NCBI GenBank assembly: GCA_963704755.1
Contig: OY969938.1
Location: 1,080,001-1,112,000, forward strand
Length of the DNA: 32,000 nucleotides
From: an uncultured Chloroflexia bacterium
GTDB taxonomy: Bacteria > Chloroflexota > Anaerolineae > Anaerolineales > Anaerolineaceae
Direction of reading: 5' to 3'
Position numbers and translations under genes: made by a program. Of the stretch, positions 24,382 through 32,000 are shown in pieces (the stretch's first letter is position 1; each line of letters begins with the position of its first letter). Under the pieces are notes generated by a model, which was given only the letters and a program-made list of their open reading frames with translations, ran no database searches and was not told the DNA's origin.

Positions 24382-25401
24382 ATGACCCAAAGAATGGCGT
24401 TGTATATGCAAGACAAGCACCCCATCCAATACGAGTTGGAGATGGCAAAGTATGCCGAGGATCGCGGTTTCAGCGAAATCTGGCAAGCAGATACGCGCCT
24501 GGCGCGTGACTGCATTGCCATGATGAGCGCGTTCCTGGCCCGTACCAGCCGGATGCGCTTCGGTTCGGCTGTTTTACCCATCTGGACTCGCAATCCGGCA
24601 GTAATCGCCTCCACCTGGAGCACCATGTGGGAACTGGGCGGAAAATATGATGGTCGCGGCCGGGTAATGCTGGGCCTTGGCGCCTGGTGGGAACCGATCG
24701 CCGGGCGGGTTGGCGTTCACCGCGTTAAACCGCTGAAAGCCATGCGCGAGCATATCGAAGCCATTCGCCAGTTGTTCACCATGGAAGAAGTCAGCTACGA
24801 GGGTGAGTTCGTCCACCTGGACCGCATCCGCCTGGACGTAGCCTTTGGCGACACCAGCCCACGCGATATTCCCCTGTACATCGGCGCAACCGGCGACCAG
24901 ATGCTCGAAATGTCCGGCGAGATTTGTGATGGCGTGGTCCTGAATTACGTCGTTTCGGTCGATTACATCCGCAAGGCGGTCGCCCTGGTCGAAAAAGGCG
25001 CCAAAAAAGCCGGCAAGACCCTGGCCGACGTGGACCGACCCGAACTGCTGGTGTGCTGCCTGTCCGATATGGATCCCAAAGCCGCGATGGCCGAGGGCAA
25101 GAAACTGGTGGCTTATTACCTGGCCACCGAACCGCATATTATGAAAGCCTCCGGCGTGGACGAGAGCCTGCTGGAAAAAGTCCAATCGATGATGAGCTGG
25201 CCCGCGACCGAAGAAGATTACATCCGCACCAGCCAGGTCATCCCGGATGAGGTGGTCCGCAATGTGATGGCCGTCGGCACCACCGAAGAATGCCGCGCCA
25301 AGGTCAAGGAATACATCGACGCCGGCGTGACCTGCCCCATCCTCTACCCGATGATGGACGACATCAAACCGGTCGTCGACGCTTTTGCCGATTGGGGCTA
25401 G
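24382..25401 (+). CDS. Luciferase-like (LLM) flavin/F420-dependent oxidoreductase, Mer/F420-reductase-like class
   Basis: 339 aa TIM-barrel LLM pattern ([19 protein letters not shown]..., [17 protein letters not shown]). ATG at 24382 after GGAGG. The cofactor cannot be decided from sequence reading. Confidence 0.8.
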   Translation: MTQRMALYMQDKHPIQYELEMAKYAEDRGFSEIWQADTRLARDCIAMMSAFLARTSRMRFGSAVLPIWTRNPAVIASTWSTMWELGGKYDGRGRVMLGLGAWWEPIAGRVGVHRVKPLKAMREHIEAIRQLFTMEEVSYEGEFVHLDRIRLDVAFGDTSPRDIPLYIGATGDQMLEMSGEICDGVVLNYVVSVDYIRKAVALVEKGAKKAGKTLADVDRPELLVCCLSDMDPKAAMAEGKKLVAYYLATEPHIMKASGVDESLLEKVQSMMSWPATEEDYIRTSQVIPDEVVRNVMAVGTTEECRAKVKEYIDAGVTCPILYPMMDDIKPVVDAFADWG

Positions 25402-25630
25402 ATACCTTCGGCCAATCGCCAGATTCACGGCTGAATCCCTGGCGCCTGTTTACCGTTTGTACTTTACAAGCATTCCACAATCAACCACTACCCTGGCCGG
25501 CGAAAGAACATCCTGATTCGAGGTGTCCGCAGAGGCGAAACTCTGCAAACGCCTCAAATCAGGAAACCTTTTTACTGTAAGCCAGGTAGTTAAGTAGCCA
25601 TTGTAACCACCCAGGCAAGTTCAAGGGTGA

Positions 25631-25685
25631 GGGTACTTTTGTTGATTTTCGCGTGCGTAGCACGCGAAAATCAACAAAAGTACCC
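25631..25685. repeat. Perfect 25-26-bp-stem palindrome upstream of the carbamoyltransferase gene
   Basis: gggtacttttgttgattttcgcgtg (25631-25655) is the exact reverse complement of 25661-25685. The arm sequence is related to those at 15110 and 28105. Confidence 0.9.
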
Positions 25686-25745
25686 GACCCTTTCCGAATA
25701 GCCGGGCAGCTACAAACCATTTATAAAAATACAGGAGAAACTAAA

Positions 25746-26738
25746 ATGCAATCAACCTTGTTTGGCAAGAGTTTCATCTCCACTGAAGACTGGTCCAACG
25801 ACGAAATCGAATTGCTGTTGGATGTAGCCGGTGACCTGAAACGCCGCTTCTCAATGGGCGAGCTTCACGACCAGATTCTGCGCAGCAAGACTTTATTCAT
25901 GCTCTTCTTTGAAGAATCCACCCGCACGCGCAACTCATTCGAAGCCGGCATCACCCAACTGGGCGGTCACGCTCACTATTTGACCCCCTCGGCCACCCAG
26001 ATCGGCCACGGTGAGAACGCCAAAGACACCGGCACCGTCCTTGGCCGCTACGGCCATGCTATCGCCGTGCGTGACTGCCGCACCGATATCGGCCAGGCCT
26101 ACCAGTACGATCTGGCCAAATACGCCGGTATCCCCGTCATTTCGATGCAGGACGATGTGGACCATCCCTGCCAGGCGATGGCCGACCTGTTGACCATCCG
26201 CGAGAAATTCGGGCAGGACCTGCGCGGCAAGAAATTCGTCATTTCCTGGACCTACGCCCCCAAGTACGTCCGCCCACTTTCGATGCCCCAGGCCCTGATC
26301 ATGCTGATGACCCGCTTCGGCATGGACGTCACTCTGGCGCACCCCAAAGGCTTCGAAATGATGCCCAAGTGCCTGGATATCGCCCGCAAGCACGCCGAAG
26401 AAAATGACACCAAGTTCGAAGTCGTCAACGACATGGACGCGGCCTTCGAAGGCGCAGATATCTGCTACGCCAAGTCCTGGGGCCCCATCACGGTCTCCGA
26501 AGAGCCCAAAGAGGTCCAGGCCATGTGCGACGAGCACAAGGATTGGATCTGCGACGAACGCCGCATGGCCCTCTCCAACAAAAAATCGATCTACATGCAC
26601 TGCATGCCCATCGACCGGGGTTACGAAGCTACCGACGCGGTGGTAGATGGCCCTCACTCCGTAATCTATGACGAAGCCGAGAACCGCTTACACGTGCAAA
26701 AAGCGATCATGGCGCTCACCATGGGTGGCAGGATTTAA
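25746..26738 (+). CDS. ygeW: YgeW-type (knotted) carbamoyltransferase of the ATCase/OTCase superfamily
   Basis: ESTRTRNSF carbamoyl-phosphate motif, DHPCQAMADL and YMHCMP. The block LMTRFGMDVTLAHP matches E. coli YgeW as I recall it. ATG at 25746 after AGGAGA; the ORF-track GTG at 25653 lies inside the palindrome. Confidence 0.85.
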   Translation: MQSTLFGKSFISTEDWSNDEIELLLDVAGDLKRRFSMGELHDQILRSKTLFMLFFEESTRTRNSFEAGITQLGGHAHYLTPSATQIGHGENAKDTGTVLGRYGHAIAVRDCRTDIGQAYQYDLAKYAGIPVISMQDDVDHPCQAMADLLTIREKFGQDLRGKKFVISWTYAPKYVRPLSMPQALIMLMTRFGMDVTLAHPKGFEMMPKCLDIARKHAEENDTKFEVVNDMDAAFEGADICYAKSWGPITVSEEPKEVQAMCDEHKDWICDERRMALSNKKSIYMHCMPIDRGYEATDAVVDGPHSVIYDEAENRLHVQKAIMALTMGGRI

Positions 26739-27883
26739 TGGATAAAAAACGCTTAATCGCCTTCACCCAGGATATCATCCGGGTGCGGAGCATGAGCGGC
26801 GAGGAACAGGCAGTCGTAGCCCGCATCAAAGCTGAAATGGAAACTCTCGGCTTCGATCGCCTCTGGGTGGACGATTTTGGCAGTGTAATTGGCCTGATCG
26901 AAGGGGCCAAACCCGGCCCGACTCTGCTGATGGATGGCCATTGCGACATCGTGGACGCGCGCGCCTCCGATTGGAAACACGATCCCTTCGGCGCGGTCAT
27001 CGAAGATGGCTGGCTTTACGGCCGCGGTGTGGCCGACATGAAAGGCGGACTGGCGGGCATGATCTACGCCGCCGCCTCGGTTGACCGCAGCAAGCTGGCC
27101 GGCAAAGTCGCCGTCAGCGCCACGGTTCTGGAAGAGGTCATGGAAGGCGTGGCCCTGAAACAGGTCATGGACGTGCTCAAACCGGCCGGCGTAATCATCG
27201 GCAAATCGACCAATTTTGCCCTCAACCGCGCCCAGCGCGGGCGAGCCGAAATCGTCATCGAGACCGTCGGGAAATCGGCCCACTCCTCCTCCCCCCAGGC
27301 CGGCGTCTGCGCCGTCCATAAGATGATCGAATTGATGAACGCGGTCGAGGCCATTCCCATGTCCTCCAACCCGATCATGGGGAAAGGCCAGTTCTGCCTG
27401 ACCGACATCATCTCCGAACCCTTCCCCGGGCACTCGGTGGTTCCCAATCGCTGCCGGGTTTCTTACGACCGCCGCACAATCCCCGGTGAGACACCTGAAA
27501 GCCTGCTCGAATCCATCCACGCCCTGCCGGAACTCAAAGATATCGAGTACACCGTCACCATCCTGGATGGTGAAGAGAAGACCTATACCGGCAAAACCCT
27601 CAAAGGTTTGAAGTTCTTCCCGGCCTGGGCCTTCGAAGAAGACAATTTCCTGGTGGATGCGGCCTTACGCGGGCTGCGCGCCAGCGGATTTGATCCCAAA
27701 CTGGGCTCCTTCGGCTTCTGCACCAACGGCTCCTACAGCGCCGGCGTTGCAAACGTACCGACGATCGGTTTTGGCCCCGGCACCGAGCCGGATGCCCACA
27801 CTGTCAACGAGCACGTGAAAGTCAGCGACCTCGAACGAGCCGCCGATGGCTTCCTGGGCATGATCCAGTCTATCTTAAGCTAG
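26738..27883 (+). CDS. ygeY: M20-family metallohydrolase, YgeY-like (deacylase/carbamoylase type)
   Basis: MDGHCDIV, GRGVADMKGG, QRGRAEI...GKSAHSS and GFGPGTEPDAHTVNEHV. It is collinear with E. coli YgeY from memory. The start overlaps the ygeW stop (TAATG). Confidence 0.8.
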   Translation: MDKKRLIAFTQDIIRVRSMSGEEQAVVARIKAEMETLGFDRLWVDDFGSVIGLIEGAKPGPTLLMDGHCDIVDARASDWKHDPFGAVIEDGWLYGRGVADMKGGLAGMIYAAASVDRSKLAGKVAVSATVLEEVMEGVALKQVMDVLKPAGVIIGKSTNFALNRAQRGRAEIVIETVGKSAHSSSPQAGVCAVHKMIELMNAVEAIPMSSNPIMGKGQFCLTDIISEPFPGHSVVPNRCRVSYDRRTIPGETPESLLESIHALPELKDIEYTVTILDGEEKTYTGKTLKGLKFFPAWAFEEDNFLVDAALRGLRASGFDPKLGSFGFCTNGSYSAGVANVPTIGFGPGTEPDAHTVNEHVKVSDLERAADGFLGMIQSILS

Positions 27884-27986
27884 TTATCCAGACGGACTCC
27901 CAACCACAATTGCTCAGGCCAGGGCAAGAGGCTCCCAAATGCGGGGGGCTTACCCAATGGACTGAGCAGTTGCTTAAAGAAACCCC

Positions 27987-28035
27987 GAATTTGAACTGTT
28001 TGCGGTTGCAAAGCAACCGCAAACAGTTCAAATTC
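27987..28035. repeat. Perfect 23-bp-stem palindrome downstream of the YgeY-like gene
   Basis: gaatttgaactgtttgcggttgc (27987-28009) is the exact reverse complement of 28013-28035, with loop aaa. Confidence 0.9.
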
Positions 28036-28104
28036 AATAGACCTTAACATGAGCTTGAGTAGTTGCATAAAACTCTGGTTCTTACTCAGGCTTGTTCGGA
28101 AATT

Positions 28105-28161
28105 GGGGGTGTTTTATAGTTTTCGCATGCGAAGCACGCGCAAACTATAAAACACCTCCCC
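28105..28161. repeat. Imperfect long palindrome related to the 15110 and 25631 elements
   Basis: gggggtgttttatagttttcgcatgc pairs with gcacgcgcaaactataaaacacctcccc, with one bulge and two mismatches. Confidence 0.75.
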
Positions 28162-28216
28162 TTATTCTTGCGGTAGCTGAATAGTCGAAAATTCTGATCA
28201 GTACAGAGAGGTAACC

Positions 28217-29209
28217 ATGCAGTTTCGCGCTTTTGGACGGACGGGTTGGCAGGTTTCGACCATTGGGTTTGGCGCCTGGGAGATCGGTGGAGAATATGGA
28301 GCGGTGGACGATGCCGAGTTGCTGGCTGCCCTCCATCGCGCTGTGGACCTGGGGGTCAATTTCTTCGATACGTCCGATGTATACGGGGCTGCCGGCAACG
28401 GTCACAGTGAAAAGCTGTTGGGCCGCCTGCGCAAGGAATGTGGTGATTCGATCTATATCGCCACCAAGGCCGGGCGCCGCCTGAATCCGCATACGGCCGG
28501 TGGCTATAACTACGCGAACCTTTCAGCCTTCGTCGAGCAGAGCCTCAAGAACCTGGGCCTCGAGCGGATCGACCTGCTGCAACTGCACTGCCCGCCTTTC
28601 GAGGTGTACTACCAGCCCGAAACCTTCGCGGCCCTGGACCGGCTGGTCCAGGAAGGTAAGCTGCACTATTATGGCGTCAGTGTACAGAAGGTCGAAGAAG
28701 GCCTGAAGGCCATCGAATACCCCAATCTGCAATCGGTGCAGATCGTCTTCAACCCCTTCCGCCAGCGCCCGGCTGACCTGTTCTTCCAGGAAGCCCAACG
28801 CCGCCAGGTAGCCGTCATCGCCCGTGTCCCGTTGGCCTCGGGGATGCTGACCGGCAAGATGAAGCCGGATACCCACTTCGAGCAAGAAGACCACCGCGTG
28901 TTCAACCGCAACGGTGAGGTCTTCGACCGGGGAGAGACCTTTGCCGGCGTGGATTATACGGCCGGCCTGCAGGCGGTCGAAGAGCTGCGCCCGCTCGTCC
29001 CGGCCGGGATGACCATGGCCCAGTTCACCCTGCGCTGGATTCTGATGTTCGACGCCGTCACCTGCACCATTCCCGGTGCAAAACGGACCACCCAGGTGGA
29101 AGACAACGTCAATTCCGCCGATCTTGCCCCCCTTTCGCCGGTCACCATGGCCAAAGTGAAGGAAATCTACGACCGTCGCATCCGCGAGTTGGTGCAGTAT
29201 TACTGGTAA
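28217..29209 (+). CDS. Aldo/keto reductase
   Basis: GFGAWEIGG, the LGVNFFDTSDVYG...SEKLLG signature, and a C-terminal IPGAKR. 330 aa. Confidence 0.9.
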   Translation: MQFRAFGRTGWQVSTIGFGAWEIGGEYGAVDDAELLAALHRAVDLGVNFFDTSDVYGAAGNGHSEKLLGRLRKECGDSIYIATKAGRRLNPHTAGGYNYANLSAFVEQSLKNLGLERIDLLQLHCPPFEVYYQPETFAALDRLVQEGKLHYYGVSVQKVEEGLKAIEYPNLQSVQIVFNPFRQRPADLFFQEAQRRQVAVIARVPLASGMLTGKMKPDTHFEQEDHRVFNRNGEVFDRGETFAGVDYTAGLQAVEELRPLVPAGMTMAQFTLRWILMFDAVTCTIPGAKRTTQVEDNVNSADLAPLSPVTMAKVKEIYDRRIRELVQYYW

Positions 29210-29221
29210 AGTTAAATGTTT

Positions 29222-29273
29222 CCGAAATTGAGGTGTATGCGAGGTTTTACCCTCGCATACACCTCAATTTCGG
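29222..29273. repeat. Perfect 23-bp-stem palindrome between convergent genes
   Basis: ccgaaattgaggtgtatgcgagg (29222-29244) is the exact reverse complement of 29251-29273, with a 6-nt loop. Confidence 0.9.
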
Positions 29274-29280
29274 GATTTTC

Positions 29281-29307
29281 AAAAAAGCCCCCCTTGAAAA
29301 AGGGGGG
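29281..29307 (-). terminator. Intrinsic terminator for the minus-strand phosphotransferase gene
   Basis: cccccctt / aagggggg 8-bp stem (29288-29295 / 29300-29307) with a GAAA loop. On the minus strand the stem is followed by cttttttgaaaa (a T-tract). It lies 15 nt beyond the stop of the 29322-31859 gene. Confidence 0.65.
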
Positions 29308-29321
29308 TTGGGGGGATTCTT

Positions 29322-31859
29322 CTATTCTGCCGAGGCAAACGCTTTGGCCAGCTTGCGCACCGCTTCACTGGACTCGGCCTGGAGTGCCTTTTCCGCTAGC
29401 GCTTCCGCCGCGCTCATTTGCAGCTTGCGAATAATCGCTTTGGCGCGCGGCACGGCCGGCGGGTTCATCGACAGCTCATCCACGTGCAGCCCAACCAGGA
29501 TTGGGATGGCCTGCGGGTCGCCGCCCAACTCGCCGCAAATGCCAATGTATTTCCCGGCGGCGTGCGCCGACTCGGCTACCCGCTGGATCAATTGCAGCAC
29601 CGCCGGGTTGAGCCCATCCGCCAGGTAAGCCAGGGCCGGGTTTCCGCGCTCGGCCGCCAGGGTATATTGGGTCAAATCGTTGGTGCCAATGCTGAAAAAG
29701 TCCACCTCATTCGCCAGGGTGCGGCTGAGCAGGGCAGCCGATGGAATTTCCACCATAATGCCCACCTCGACCGGCCAGGCATGTGGGATGTTTTCGGCGG
29801 TCAACTCGGCGTGGGCCTTTTCCAGCCAGCCCCGCGCCGCCCGTACTTCGTCGACATCCGCCACCATCGGGAACATGATCCGGCAGGGGAAACCCTCACC
29901 CGCCCGCAAAATCGCCCGCAACTGGGGCAGGAACAATTCAGGCTTTTCCAGCGAAAGGCGCAAGGCGCGCATACCCAAAAATGGGTTGGCTTCCTTGGGC
30001 AGATCGATGTACGGCAGGTTTTTATCCCCGCCTACGTCCATGGTCCGCACGATCACGGGATGGTCTTGGCCCATGGTGGAAAAGATCTTGTGCAAGAGCT
30101 CGTACTGCTCCTGCTCGCTGGGCGCCGTCTCGCGGGTTAGGAACAGAAATTCGGTGCGCAGCAAGCCCACCCCTTCAGCGCCGTTTTCCAAGGCCACCGC
30201 GGCGTCGTTGGGTCCGCCGATGTTAGCGAAGACTTCTACCCGGCTGCCATCGGCTGTTTTGGCCAGGTCTTTGCTCAGGTGAAGCAGACGCTCACGCTCA
30301 GCTTGCCAGCTTGTCCTCAAATCGCCGAGCGAAGATTGCACCTTCCCGGATGGATCGACCCAGACTTCACCGGTGAAACCGTTCAAGCCGACCATTCCAC
30401 CGGCCGGTTGGTGTGCTAAAAACATGCCGCTCCCTGCCACGGCCGGGATCCCCAGTCCTCGGGCCAGGATCGCGCTGTGCGAAGTCGGCCCGCCGCCGGC
30501 GGTGACGATGCCCAACACCTGGCGCATATCGAGCTGTGAGGTCTCGGTGGGGGTCAAATCTTCCGCGTACAAAATGACCGGCTGGGGGAAAGTCAGCGGG
30601 GCCGCTGCGGGAGCGCCGCTCAGGGCCAACAGCACCTGCCGGCCGACATCCTCCACATCCAGCGCGCGCTGTTTTTGATAAGGATCATCCAGCGAACGAT
30701 AAGTATCGGCGACCGTATTTACGGCCGCGTCCCAGGCCGCGGCGGCATTCAACTGGTTCTTGAAGATACCGTCGTTGGTCCGGTCGAGCATGTCCGGGTC
30801 CTGCAGAATGAGCTCGTGGGCTTCAAAGATCGCAGCTTCATCCGCGTTCAGTGTCCGTTTGACCTGCTCGTAGCGCTGTGAAATATCCTGGCGGGTTGCT
30901 GCGACCGCTGCCTGGAACTTCTTCCATTCAACATTGGGATCTTTGGCCGGCTCTTTCGAGATCGTTGGCCGGGGCGGCTCGTAACGATACAGCGGACCCA
31001 GCGCGTACCCCTCCGAGATCGGCACAGCACGCAGGTAGTTCGTGCTTTCAGACGATTTTTGCACCGGCTCAACCGGTATGGCCGGTAAGGGTGTTTTGGC
31101 CGGCTCTGCCGGTCCGGGGACAGCCGTTGGTTCGCCAAAGCCCGATTCGACCAGTTCCTTGAGCGCTTTCAGCGCCTGCGCTGCTTCATCGCCGCTGGCA
31201 TCGATGCGGATCTGATGATTCTGCACCGCTCCCAGAGTCGCAATCGCATTCAGGCTGCGGGCCGAGGCCGGGCCTTTTCCGTTGGTCTCGTTCTTTACCT
31301 GGATATCGGCCTTGAAACGGGTGGCCATCTGGACAAACCGCGCTGCCGGCCGGGCGTGCAAGCCGTGTTGGTTGATCAGAGTCACCGTCACCAATTCTTC
31401 CGCCGGTAAAGGTGCAGGGGCGGCCGAAACCGTTTCGCCAACTTCCGCTGCGTCGCCTAGTTGATCCTGCTTGGGGAATAGCGACTGGCGCGCTTCCTGG
31501 TAAACCATTTCCAGCGGGCTGCCCAGGCTGATTTGAACCCCGGCAGCAACCGCGCCTTCCACAAGCGGCGCGGAACAAAAACGAACCTTCTCTCCTATTT
31601 CGGGCGGCAGCAGGTCCAGCGCCATTTGAGCGCTAAGCACTGCGCTGCCCAGGTCCATCAATACCAGTACGCCATCCTGCGAAGATACCAATTCGATGGC
31701 TTCCATGATCTCGATGGCATCCGTACCAAATGTCTGGCGATCATCCCCCACTCCAGCCGCCAGGGCAATAGGCGCTGTAGGTGAAGCTACCTGCTTGACC
31801 AGGTCAACCAGGGCTTGGGCCAATGGACGGCTGTGTGAAACAATAACCAAACCAACCAT
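29322..31859 (-). CDS. dhaM: Fused PTS phosphotransferase: EIIA(Man)-like DhaM domain + HPr domain + full Enzyme I (PEP-utilising)
   Basis: N-terminal MVGLVIVSHS (EIIA-Man/DhaM His). An HPr block HGLHARPAARFV. EI blocks GGPTSHSAILARGLGIPAV and ICGELGGDP. 845 aa. Confidence 0.88.
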   Translation of the reverse strand: MVGLVIVSHSRPLAQALVDLVKQVASPTAPIALAAGVGDDRQTFGTDAIEIMEAIELVSSQDGVLVLMDLGSAVLSAQMALDLLPPEIGEKVRFCSAPLVEGAVAAGVQISLGSPLEMVYQEARQSLFPKQDQLGDAAEVGETVSAAPAPLPAEELVTVTLINQHGLHARPAARFVQMATRFKADIQVKNETNGKGPASARSLNAIATLGAVQNHQIRIDASGDEAAQALKALKELVESGFGEPTAVPGPAEPAKTPLPAIPVEPVQKSSESTNYLRAVPISEGYALGPLYRYEPPRPTISKEPAKDPNVEWKKFQAAVAATRQDISQRYEQVKRTLNADEAAIFEAHELILQDPDMLDRTNDGIFKNQLNAAAAWDAAVNTVADTYRSLDDPYQKQRALDVEDVGRQVLLALSGAPAAAPLTFPQPVILYAEDLTPTETSQLDMRQVLGIVTAGGGPTSHSAILARGLGIPAVAGSGMFLAHQPAGGMVGLNGFTGEVWVDPSGKVQSSLGDLRTSWQAERERLLHLSKDLAKTADGSRVEVFANIGGPNDAAVALENGAEGVGLLRTEFLFLTRETAPSEQEQYELLHKIFSTMGQDHPVIVRTMDVGGDKNLPYIDLPKEANPFLGMRALRLSLEKPELFLPQLRAILRAGEGFPCRIMFPMVADVDEVRAARGWLEKAHAELTAENIPHAWPVEVGIMVEIPSAALLSRTLANEVDFFSIGTNDLTQYTLAAERGNPALAYLADGLNPAVLQLIQRVAESAHAAGKYIGICGELGGDPQAIPILVGLHVDELSMNPPAVPRAKAIIRKLQMSAAEALAEKALQAESSEAVRKLAKAFASAE

Positions 31860-31877
31860 TTCGTTCTCCAGCGGGTT

Positions 31878-31988
31878 TTATTGCGCTGCAATCGTCAAAG
31901 CAAGCCAAATACCGTAAATAACAGCGCCAACTCCGACCAACCCGAATAACCAATTGATAAATATGAGTAGTCCCCTGGAAGGGTTCAT
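31878..31988 (-). CDS. Possible 36-aa hydrophobic peptide upstream of the DhaM-type gene (may extend beyond the window)
   Basis: My own reading of the minus strand gives MNPSRGLLIFINWLFGLVGVGAVIYGIWLALTIAAQ*, one predicted transmembrane span. The stop is 18 nt before the DhaM start. The frame is still open at the window edge. No homology is recognised. Confidence 0.2.
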   Translation of the reverse strand: MNPSRGLLIFINWLFGLVGVGAVIYGIWLALTIAAQ

Positions 31989-32000
31989 GTCCAGAATAAT

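Noticed and set aside
1178-25401. Reading the Mch-like genes plus the LLM (Mer-like) gene as a conventional H4MPT-dependent C1 (formaldehyde oxidation or methanogenesis-type) pathway.
   Set aside because: No fae, mtd, ftr/fhc or hmd homologue, nor any H4MPT biosynthesis gene, is recognisable in the 32 kb. The three Mch-like genes are each coupled to unrelated catabolic enzymes. The canonical interpretation cannot be excluded without the rest of the genome, so it is kept only as an alternative inside the finding.
396-25745. The longer N-terminal extensions offered by the ORF track (starts at 396, 9020, 11333, 13297, 13566, 15378, 20014, 21254, 21772, 24343 and 25653).
   Set aside because: In each case an internal ATG or GTG is preceded by a good Shine-Dalgarno sequence and coincides with the start of family homology. 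The extension either overlaps the preceding gene, runs through a palindrome or leader, or has no homologous counterpart.
1-32000. Genomic-island or mobile-element boundaries, and selenocysteine recoding in the Mo-hydroxylase/YgeY-type genes.
   Set aside because: No integrase, transposase, tRNA gene, or long terminal direct or inverted repeats of insertion-sequence type were seen. All the relevant ORFs are uninterrupted, with no in-frame TGA needing recoding and no obvious SECIS-like context. Neither idea has support in this window.

Overview
The window is almost entirely plus-strand, high-GC bacterial sequence. It reads as a multi-operon catabolic island for nitrogen-rich or heterocyclic compounds. 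I saw no rRNA, tRNA, CRISPR array, transposase or integrase.

Gene order:
- a partial GntR/FCD-like regulator
- SDR, then Mch-like 1
- a 169-bp tandem repeat
- 2-oxoacid (acetoin-type) dehydrogenase E1alpha, E1beta (frameshifted) and E2, then Mch-like 2
- a 131-bp tandem repeat
- lipoate-protein ligase
- XRE/cupin regulator, then hydantoinase/dihydropyrimidinase
- a second XRE/cupin regulator, then a three-subunit HcnABC/OoxAB/LhpBEF-like flavoenzyme
- Hyi-type isomerase, class I (DhnA/LsrF-type) aldolase and FGGY kinase
- Mch-like 3, SsnA-like amidohydrolase, and xanthine-dehydrogenase-family [2Fe-2S] and Mo subunits
- an LLM/F420-type oxidoreductase
- YgeW-type carbamoyltransferase, then YgeY-type M20 hydrolase
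- an aldo/keto reductase
- on the minus strand, a fused EIIA(Man)-HPr-EI (DhaM-type) phosphotransferase

The most unusual signal is three divergent paralogues of methenyl-tetrahydromethanopterin cyclohydrolase (Mch family). Each is tightly coupled to a different catabolic operon, and no other H4MPT C1-pathway gene is in the window. They sit beside the HyuA/SsnA/YgeW/YgeY/Mo-hydroxylase signature of anaerobic purine/urate-type catabolism.

The intergenic DNA is also unusual:
- two high-identity tandem arrays
- a 33-nt exact element reused just upstream of two start codons
- a family of 19-31 bp perfect palindromes
- a near-consensus promoter followed by a roughly 240-nt leader closed by a 14-bp helix

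All family assignments come from motif reading and remembered homologues, not from database searches.
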